This document shows, one piece after another, positions 25,922 to 32,607 of a stretch of DNA of 34,284 nucleotides. The position numbers and the translations under genes are program-made. The notes under the pieces are model-generated. The model did not search any database. It had not been told where the DNA came from and worked only from the letters and a program-made list of their open reading frames with translations. Each line of letters begins with the position of its first letter. Position 1 is the first letter of the stretch. The stretch spans positions 1 to 34,284 of the forward strand of contig SKXS01000024.1 of assembly GCA_007128345.1 (NCBI GenBank), read 5' to 3'. The DNA is from Spirochaetia bacterium. GTDB taxonomy: Bacteria; Spirochaetota; Spirochaetia; PWKH01.

Positions 25922-27022
25922 ATGAGTAAATATCACATATTACGCAGCATTAATGTATTATTGTTAATAATATTACCATTGTTGTTTATAATTAACTGTT
26001 CTGACAATAAGAATTCACATAATAGTGCTGCTGTTTCACATAATCCGACGGCGAAAAACCACCTTGCGCTGGGCACAGCCTCCCGGGTTACTATTTATGA
26101 CCAGGAACCTGCACGGGCTGAGGAGATTCTCAAGCGTTCGTTTGCCCGGATTGACGATATTGAAGCGTCCATGACCCTCTACAACTCTGGCAGTGAGATC
26201 GCCAGGGTGAACAGGAACGCCGGAGGTCAGTTCACATCAGTTTCTGAGGAGACCTTTTTGGTCATCACCCAAGCCCTGGAGATAGCCGCTCAGACAGGCG
26301 GCGCTTTTGACCCGACCGTGGGGCCCTTGGTGAAGGCTTGGGGGATCGGATCAGACAACCCTATGATACCCGGAGAACAGGAGATGGCCATGCTCCTGGA
26401 CCTTGTGGACTATCGTGAGGTCGAACTCTCCCGTGAGGGCGGGGATTATCTTGTCAGGCTGAAGCGTCCCGACATGATGCTCGACCTCGGCGGCATAGCA
26501 AAAGGGTACGCCGCTGACGCGGTTAAGGAGGTGATCACGGGGATGGGCTCCTCGAGCGCCCTTATCAACCTGGGGGGAAACATTCTCCTGAAAGGAAGCA
26601 AGCCCGACGGCACACCCTGGAGGATAGGAATCCAGGATCCCGATGCAAACCGGGGAGCCTATGTGCTCATCCTTAATCTGACCTCGGGGACGGTGGTCAC
26701 ATCGGGCACGTATGAGCGGTTTTTCTACGATGCATCCGACCAGCGGTTCCACCACATCCTTGATCCGTGGGACGGATATCCCGTTGAAAACGGGCTGGAA
26801 AGCGTCACGATAGTCACTGAGAATTCCGCGTATGCCGACGGACTCTCCACAGGAGTGTTTGTTCTCGGACTCGAGCGGGGATGGGAGCTTGTGGAGTCGC
26901 TTCCGGGGGTGGATGCCGTGTTCATCACCGAGGATCAGAAGATATATATCACGCCGGGGATCACTTCCTATACGCTTTCAAACCAGGAATTCACTATCCG
27001 CAGCACCCTGCAGTCTCCTTGA
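25922..27022 (+). CDS. apbE: FAD:protein FMN transferase lipoprotein (ApbE/FmnB)
   Basis: Lipobox-like LFIINC, ALGT, SEI.RVN, GAFDPTVGPLV..WG, LDLGGIAKGYAAD, NLGGN, TSG.YER, HHILDP..GYP and ADGLST. Confidence 0.95.
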   Translation: MSKYHILRSINVLLLIILPLLFIINCSDNKNSHNSAAVSHNPTAKNHLALGTASRVTIYDQEPARAEEILKRSFARIDDIEASMTLYNSGSEIARVNRNAGGQFTSVSEETFLVITQALEIAAQTGGAFDPTVGPLVKAWGIGSDNPMIPGEQEMAMLLDLVDYREVELSREGGDYLVRLKRPDMMLDLGGIAKGYAADAVKEVITGMGSSSALINLGGNILLKGSKPDGTPWRIGIQDPDANRGAYVLILNLTSGTVVTSGTYERFFYDASDQRFHHILDPWDGYPVENGLESVTIVTENSAYADGLSTGVFVLGLERGWELVESLPGVDAVFITEDQKIYITPGITSYTLSNQEFTIRSTLQSP

Positions 27023-27587
27023 AGTACAGCCATGCACCCCATACCGCCGCAGCTGCAGCGGCACTTATGACGGCAGTCAGCTTCCATGGACCTGCAGCCG
27101 CCTCAACTGCGTCGGGACTATCGGTTTCCATGCGTACAAGCAGCGCATCAAGACTGCTTACTATCTGTCCCGGCTTCAGGGAGAGACGGTGCTGGAGAAA
27201 CTGATTATAGTACGAGAACTGCATGCTCAGCAGCATGCCGATCCTTCCCGGGAACCTGGGCTTCCCTGATACCATGAACCGGGACAGATAGATCAAGGCG
27301 ATGAGGGTGAGGGCCTTGCGCAGTCCGATCTCCAGGGCTCCCTGGGTTATCGGGAGGGACCAGAGGGTGAACAGCACCCGTCCATGGGCCTGCAGAAGGT
27401 TAAGCGCCGTTACCGACACTATCATGATGATGTTCGGGAGCATCCGTATTCGCTCGCCCCGTATGATCTGGAGGATCATGAATATGATCACCTGGGCTGC
27501 CAGCGAGCCTACTGATGAATGGAAAACCACTGCAGGAAGCATCACCAGTCCTGCCGCCATGGGGATATTCCTGCTGCTGATCAACAC
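26994..27587 (-). CDS. Membrane protein resembling the TM part of an ECF T-component (possible FmnA counterpart)
   Basis: GTG/TTG start (27587/27584) after CAGGAGG, coupled to the eetB-like stop. Several TM helices. GRVLFTLWSLPITQGALEIGLRKALTL resembles EcfT; no coupling-helix ARG motifs seen. Confidence 0.6.
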   Translation of the reverse strand: MLISSRNIPMAAGLVMLPAVVFHSSVGSLAAQVIIFMILQIIRGERIRMLPNIIMIVSVTALNLLQAHGRVLFTLWSLPITQGALEIGLRKALTLIALIYLSRFMVSGKPRFPGRIGMLLSMQFSYYNQFLQHRLSLKPGQIVSSLDALLVRMETDSPDAVEAAAGPWKLTAVISAAAAAAVWGAWLYFKETAGCCG

Positions 27588-28123
27588 GGCGCCTCCTGAT
27601 CTGCAAGCCACCGGGAGGATCCCGCAAACTGCTCGGCAAACAGGCCCAGGAGGACCGATGTGACCAGCCCCATAATGAGAAACGGCGGGGCGATCAGCCA
27701 CGCACTGCGGCCGAAAAGCAGCACTCCGGCCAGTATAAGCTGTGAGCTGTTGCTCACCGTAGCCCCTGCTACGCTGATACCGACGAAGGTTATCCGCTTC
27801 CCGCAGGTTCGGTAAAGCAGGTACATCACCAGCGCGCTGGAGAGGGTTCCCGCCAGGGAAAAGAGAAAGACATAGGAGACTAATGTGCCGTGGATGATCC
27901 CCTGGCCAAGTACTTTGAGCACCACCAGGAGGGAATACTCCCGGGTATTCAGGGCGATCAGACCGATCATCACAGCCAGATTCGCAAGTCCTATGCGCAC
28001 AAAGGGCATGGGACGCGGGATGAGGTACTCAACTGTAGACAGAAAGAGTGCAAACGCAGCAAGCATGGCAACGGATCTGATACGCAGTTCCGCTCTGCCT
28101 GATGCCCGGTCAGAATGCGACAT
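27581..28123 (-). CDS. Gx transporter family / heptaprenyl synthase component I-like membrane protein (EetB-like)
   Basis: Motifs LSTVE..IP.P.P..RIGLAN, FLFSLAG...S, GIS..GA...N..QL and G..T..L.G. GGAGGT RBS before ATG 28123. Confidence 0.88.
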   Translation of the reverse strand: MSHSDRASGRAELRIRSVAMLAAFALFLSTVEYLIPRPMPFVRIGLANLAVMIGLIALNTREYSLLVVLKVLGQGIIHGTLVSYVFLFSLAGTLSSALVMYLLYRTCGKRITFVGISVAGATVSNSSQLILAGVLLFGRSAWLIAPPFLIMGLVTSVLLGLFAEQFAGSSRWLADQEAPC

Positions 28124-28493
28124 CGTCCACCTCCCGCTCTCCTGTTTCAATTCCTTCAATGCGGATGAAGACATCGTTGGGCAGGCAGATAATCCACTGC
28201 CCGATCCTGCTGATTGTCTTCATGGATTCGCAGACCTTGTTCCTGCAGGTTGAGTCCGACACATGCACGCCCCCCTGATGGATGGTTACCTCCGTCGGTC
28301 CCAGGGGTCCCGGGATGCTGACGACAGTGTCTGACTCAATTGAGTAGATCCACTGCTGCCCTGAAGCTTCAATGAGCACCTGGGGCGTGCCCTCCCTTGA
28401 TCCGTATACGGAGAATGCGAGCAGCCCTACGGCAATCACCGTGATTCCTATGATACCTGCATCCAGCAGCGTCAGTCGTTTCATCTCGGCCAT
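28110..28493 (-). CDS. NusG domain II-containing protein (DUF1312; EetA-like)
   Basis: N-terminal TM anchor, GPLG.T.V.I..G.V.V..S.C.NKVC...I...GQWIICLPN.V.I.I and C-terminal VD. Confidence 0.92.
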   Translation of the reverse strand: MAEMKRLTLLDAGIIGITVIAVGLLAFSVYGSREGTPQVLIEASGQQWIYSIESDTVVSIPGPLGPTEVTIHQGGVHVSDSTCRNKVCESMKTISRIGQWIICLPNDVFIRIEGIETGEREVDDVAF

Positions 28494-28534
28494 GATATAC
28501 TATATTTTTTTGTTTTAATACAGGGGCAGATATA

Positions 28535-28563
28535 TTGCATGACAAAAACAATTAGCTTATAAT
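28535..28563 (+). promoter_or_regulatory. Sigma70 promoter of the FMN-binding protein gene
   Basis: TTGCAT (28535-28540)-17 nt-TATAAT (28558-28563) in an AT-rich spacer; GGAGG RBS downstream. Confidence 0.75.
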
Positions 28564-28606
28564 TTTGATATAGTATTATCTATATACGTAATCGGAGGAA
28601 TTTACC

Positions 28607-29836
28607 ATGAAGAGACTCATCGCAGTACTCATTGTATTGACAATCGTCCTGGTTTCAGCAAGTGCTGCCGGGACACGCGACGTGTCGCACCTCATCCCTG
28701 TGGAATCTGCAGGATTTGAGGACGGCATCTATTTTGCCCAGGAACCCGGATTCGCGGAACGCAGCGGCTGGAAGTACGTCGTCACCCTTGAAGTGGCAGG
28801 AGGCAGGATCGTATCAGCTGACTGGAACGGGGCGCACCGGAATGCCGGCCTTGACAAAAAGACCCTGGATAAAATGGGCGGCTACCAGATGGTGGCCCGA
28901 GGCGGCGCCATAGACGAATGGTATGTCCAGGCGCAGCGGGTTGAGCAGAAGCTCATAGAAACCCAGGATCTCGCTTCCCTGCCCTACGATGAAGGCGGGT
29001 ACACCGACGCGGTGAGCGGAGTAACCATACATATCAATGAATTTGTGGATTTGGCAGCTGAAGCGCTTGCCCAGGGACCGGTAGGACGCGGACCCCATGC
29101 TGACGGGAGCTACTTTGCCCAGGATCTCCAGTTCCCTGAACGGGGAAGCTGGAAGAGCACCGTCAGGCTCACAGTCATCAACGGATACATCGTTGCAGCC
29201 AACTGGAGCGGAGTCAATCCGCAAGGTGACGACAAGAAGACCGTTGACCGTGCAGGCGGCTACCAGATGGTGGCACGGGGCGGCGCCATCGACGAGTGGT
29301 ACGTCCAGGCAGGACGGGTGGAGGCCCATCTGCTGGAGACACAGGATCCCCGCATCCCCTATGATGAAGGCGGGTACACCGACGCAGTCAGCGGCGTGAC
29401 CATCTATATTAATGATTTTGTCAGACTGGTCCACAAAGCCCTTGAGAAGGGTCCCGTGGGCGCACCTCCCTACGTTGACGGTAGGTACACCGCACAGGAG
29501 GCAGATTTCAACGAGCGGACCGGATGGAAGTCCACTATTGAGATCCTCGTTTCCGGCGGATTCATCGTTGATGTCAACTGGAGCGCAATTCACCGGGACG
29601 GACGTGACAAGAAGACCGTAGACCGTGCCGGAGAGTACCAGATGGTGGCCCGGGGCGGCGCCATAGACGAGTGGTACGTTCAGGCAGGCCGGGTGGAGGC
29701 CCATCTGCTGGAAACACAGAATCCCCACATCCCCCACGATGAGGGCGGGTACACCGATGCAATAAGCGGCGTGACCATCTACATAGATGACTTTGTCAAA
29801 CTCGCAGACAAGGCGCTCGAAGGAGCTCGAAGATAG
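28607..29836 (+). CDS. Exported protein with three tandem FMN-binding domains (PplA/major-membrane-immunogen-like)
   Basis: Three repeats of about 125 aa: DG.Y.AQ....GWK..V.L.V..G.IV...W...KK......Y.M......W..Q...E..L.ETQ, ending in DAVSGVT, DAVSGVT and DAISGVT. Signal peptide without Cys. Confidence 0.92.
   Translation: MKRLIAVLIVLTIVLVSASAAGTRDVSHLIPVESAGFEDGIYFAQEPGFAERSGWKYVVTLEVAGGRIVSADWNGAHRNAGLDKKTLDKMGGYQMVARGGAIDEWYVQAQRVEQKLIETQDLASLPYDEGGYTDAVSGVTIHINEFVDLAAEALAQGPVGRGPHADGSYFAQDLQFPERGSWKSTVRLTVINGYIVAANWSGVNPQGDDKKTVDRAGGYQMVARGGAIDEWYVQAGRVEAHLLETQDPRIPYDEGGYTDAVSGVTIYINDFVRLVHKALEKGPVGAPPYVDGRYTAQEADFNERTGWKSTIEILVSGGFIVDVNWSAIHRDGRDKKTVDRAGEYQMVARGGAIDEWYVQAGRVEAHLLETQNPHIPHDEGGYTDAISGVTIYIDDFVKLADKALEGARR
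28853..29800 (+). repeat. Intragenic triplication with period about 375-378 bp
   Basis: GACAA(A/G)AAGACC at 28853, 29231 and 29606. TACCAGATGGTGGC..GGCGGCGCCAT.GACGA.TGGTA and GGCGGGTACACCGA each occur three times. Confidence 0.92.
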
Positions 29837-29842
29837 CACACC

Positions 29843-29876
29843 AAACGGCCAGGAAGTCACCTGGCCGTTTCCTTTC
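29843..29876 (+). terminator. Intrinsic terminator after the FMN-binding protein gene
   Basis: 11-bp stem AAACGGCCAGG-aagtca-CCTGGCCGTTT followed by CCTTTC. Confidence 0.8.
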
Positions 29877-29879
29877 TGC

Positions 29880-29908
29880 TTGACCAATACCCCAATGTAT
29901 CCCATGAT
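29880..29908 (+). promoter_or_regulatory. Promoter of the patatin gene (probably leaderless)
   Basis: TTGACC-17 nt-CATGAT, then 6 nt to ATG 29915. No SD sequence. Confidence 0.5.
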
Positions 29909-29914
29909 GCCGGT

Positions 29915-30985
29915 ATGAAACTGTTCACCAAGTTCCGCAGACGCAGGGACGTGACGATCCTCTCCATAGACGGCGGGGGGGTGAGAGGCATCATTCCCAT
30001 CACCGTCCTGCTGGCGCTGCAGCAGGAAATGGAGCTCCAGGACATCAAGCTGCCTCTGTATGCCTGTTTCGACCTGATAGCGGGATCTTCCACCGGAGGC
30101 CTGGTGGCCCTAGGCCTGGCGGCCCCCAATGCGAACCTTCCGAAAGATGATGCTTCACCTGACAGACCGAAGCAGCGGAACCTCCCCGCTCCCATCCTGC
30201 CCGCAATGACATTGGAGAGCATCCTCCATATCTATGAAGCGCGAAGCGGAGACATCTTCCCCCAGGGTCCCCTGAAGGACCTCAGGGCTCTCGCACAGCT
30301 GTTTACCGAGAAGTACCAGGAAGACTCCCTGGAAAATCTGATTTATGAAATTTTCGGCGACCTCTCCATGGCGGATGCTCTGACACCAGCAATGATTACC
30401 TCCTACGAATGTCTTTCCGGAGAACCCTTCCTCTTCACATCCTATGCCGACCACCCCTACCGCATGCGGGAAGCAGCCAGGGCGACCACCGCCGCACCTA
30501 CCTATTTTTCCCCTACGGTCATCAGGTCACCTGAAGACGGGACAAACAGGTGCTTCATAGACGGCGGGGTGGCGGCAAACAATCCCGCGCTCTACGCCTA
30601 CTGCGAGGCCAGGAAGCTCTATCCTGAGGCGATACGGTTTCACATCCTCTCAATCGGCACATCGGGAAGTTCCTTCTCCGTATCCATGGGCAACATTAAG
30701 CGTATGGGAATTCTTGACTGGATTTCTCCTGCAAAGGGTGTTCCCCTGCTCAACGCCTATGCCGCCAGCCAGTACTATACCCAGGAGCATGTGCTGAAGA
30801 ATATTGAGGGGGTGACCTATCACCGTATTGCCGGAAACAAGGGGAATATATCAATTCCTATGGATGACTCCAGCAGGGAGAACATCCTGCGCGTCAAGCG
30901 AACCGCAAGCGCCATTGTCAGGGACCACGAGGAGGTGATCGAAGCGTACTGCAGGCTCTACCTCGCCAACCGACGGCATGCGTGA
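29915..30985 (+). CDS. Patatin-like phospholipase
   Basis: Oxyanion motif LSIDGGGVRG, nucleophile FDLIAGSSTGG, ATTAAPTYF, catalytic DGGVAANNP and LSIGT. Confidence 0.93.
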   Translation: MKLFTKFRRRRDVTILSIDGGGVRGIIPITVLLALQQEMELQDIKLPLYACFDLIAGSSTGGLVALGLAAPNANLPKDDASPDRPKQRNLPAPILPAMTLESILHIYEARSGDIFPQGPLKDLRALAQLFTEKYQEDSLENLIYEIFGDLSMADALTPAMITSYECLSGEPFLFTSYADHPYRMREAARATTAAPTYFSPTVIRSPEDGTNRCFIDGGVAANNPALYAYCEARKLYPEAIRFHILSIGTSGSSFSVSMGNIKRMGILDWISPAKGVPLLNAYAASQYYTQEHVLKNIEGVTYHRIAGNKGNISIPMDDSSRENILRVKRTASAIVRDHEEVIEAYCRLYLANRRHA

Positions 30986-31620
30986 ACGACTGCAGCGAGC
31001 CGCTGCGCCTGGGTGCGCATGAAGCGGGAAAAGCCCTTGGGCCGACGGTCTTCACTGTCATCCGAGACAATTTTTACGATTACCAGGGGCACATGACGGC
31101 GCTCACAGACATAGGCAACGGAAAAACTCTCCATATCAACTGCGGCTATGCCGTTCCACGCAGAGCTCCCAAAGAGGCGGGCTTTATCATGGGGGGTAAA
31201 GAACCTGTCTCCCGATGCTATCCCGCAGCCGTCACGGGGCCTCCCGCCTGCCGCATCAGATACCACACGGGCAAGCCGTGCCCCCCACGGATGGGATAGT
31301 GCACTGCGCATGGGAACAGGCTCCCGGGATCCCAATGACGGATTGAGGAAGCTGTCGGCATCTGAAGCCCAATGGGGAATCACCATATCACCTACGGAAA
31401 GTGCAGGGTCTGCTCCACCGCATATGCCCAGGTGGAGCACCGCCTCGGGGGCGCATGCATGGAGGCACTCCTGGATTGAGAGCGCACTGTGCACCTTCCC
31501 GGTTCCAAGGCAGCAGACAAAGAGATCTTCAGCCAGGGAAATCAGGCCCTCACCCACCTCCACGCCTGGCGGCATGAGCCCCTGAAGCTCACCTGCCATA
31601 GCTGCGGTCACGAGAATCAT
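30958..31620 (-). CDS. mtnN: 5'-methylthioadenosine/S-adenosylhomocysteine nucleosidase family
   Basis: Motifs AAM..E, GTGKV.SA, G.CGG, ASGDRF, VDMES and K.VSD. ATGA overlap with pdxK. Confidence 0.82.
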   Translation of the reverse strand: MILVTAAMAGELQGLMPPGVEVGEGLISLAEDLFVCCLGTGKVHSALSIQECLHACAPEAVLHLGICGGADPALSVGDMVIPHWASDADSFLNPSLGSREPVPMRSALSHPWGARLARVVSDAAGGRPRDGCGIASGDRFFTPHDKARLFGSSAWNGIAAVDMESFSVAYVCERRHVPLVIVKIVSDDSEDRRPKGFSRFMRTQAQRLAAVVHACRRLAR

Positions 31621-32504
31621 AGGGGTACTTCCAGTTCTTCGAACTCAGCATGCTCAGGAAGTTCGTGGATCATGGGAATAACCCGCTCAAGGAGGATTCC
31701 CTCCCTGCGCGGAACTTCCGACTCCATGCTCACCCGCAGCGCCGCCTGTACCACCTCCGCTGCGTGGAAGGCAGCCTTCGGCAGGGAATTCCCATGCAGT
31801 ATGGATCCGGTCATGACGCTTGCAAAGAGGTCTCCTGTTCCGGGGTATGATGCAGGCACATACGGATGCTCAGTCCGCCAGTGCCTATTGCTTCGGCTGT
31901 CACGGATGTACACGCCGCAGAGATTCTCCCTGCCTTTCACCGGAACGCCGGTCAGCACGGCTTGGGACGGACCCATTCCGGTGAGTCTGCAAAGCCAGTC
32001 AGCCACTTCCTCTTCCGTGAGCAGCGGTCTCCACGGTTCATCCAGCAGCAGTGCCGCCTCGGTCACGTTCGGGGTAATCACGTCTGCCTGGGAAGCAAGC
32101 TCCTTCATCCTGGCTATGAGGCTTCCGTCAACTGGGCCGTAGGGTTCCCCGTCATCTCCGAGCACAGGATCAACGACTACCAGGGTATGTGCATCGGCGC
32201 ACCGGGAGATCAGGCCGGAGACCAGTTCGGTCTGACGGTAGGAACCCAGAAATCCGCTGTACACGCAGGAAAACAGGAGCCCGAGGGAACTCCAGTGATC
32301 TATGATGGCGCCCATCTCCTCAGTGAGGTCCCGGTAGACATAGCCGCTGAATCCGTCGGTCTGGGTTGAGAGCAGCGCAGTCGGCAGCGGACACACCTGT
32401 ATGCCCATAGATGAAAGCACGGGGAGCACTACCGTCAGCGATGCTTTTCCGAATCCTGAGATATCATGCACCGCCGCAAGCCTGGGAATCTCTTTACTGA
32501 TCAT
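31617..32504 (-). CDS. pdxK: Pyridoxal/pyridoxamine kinase
   Basis: Motifs HDISGFGKASL, LPTALLST, YSGFLGS, VDPVLGDDG, ITPNVTEA and GTGDLFAS. GGAG RBS before ATG 32504. Confidence 0.92.
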   Translation of the reverse strand: MISKEIPRLAAVHDISGFGKASLTVVLPVLSSMGIQVCPLPTALLSTQTDGFSGYVYRDLTEEMGAIIDHWSSLGLLFSCVYSGFLGSYRQTELVSGLISRCADAHTLVVVDPVLGDDGEPYGPVDGSLIARMKELASQADVITPNVTEAALLLDEPWRPLLTEEEVADWLCRLTGMGPSQAVLTGVPVKGRENLCGVYIRDSRSNRHWRTEHPYVPASYPGTGDLFASVMTGSILHGNSLPKAAFHAAEVVQAALRVSMESEVPRREGILLERVIPMIHELPEHAEFEELEVPL

Positions 32505-32607
32505 ATGCTTCTCTCCATGTGCACGAACGCAGGGTATAATACCACAGATGGTGTACAAAATCATCACCTTCTGGTACGCTTCATGTGGTTATCAACAGGA
32601 GGCATCA

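Noticed and set aside
25922-25980. Possible Rex or CRP-like operators (TTGTTAATAATATTACCA; TGAGTAAATATCACA) near the ndh2/apbE promoters
   Set aside because: Three or more mismatches or wrong spacing, in very AT-rich DNA.
27588-27701. N-terminal extension of the 235-aa ORF
   Set aside because: It overlaps the Gx/EetB gene by over 100 nt. The RBS supports a start at 27587/27584.
28814-29905. 363-aa minus-strand ORF with internal repeats
   Set aside because: Antisense shadow of the triplicated FMN-binding gene; no RBS or motifs.
29915-30985. Patatin as a CBASS CapV-type defence effector
   Set aside because: No CD-NTase or other defence gene nearby; it is flanked by metabolic genes.
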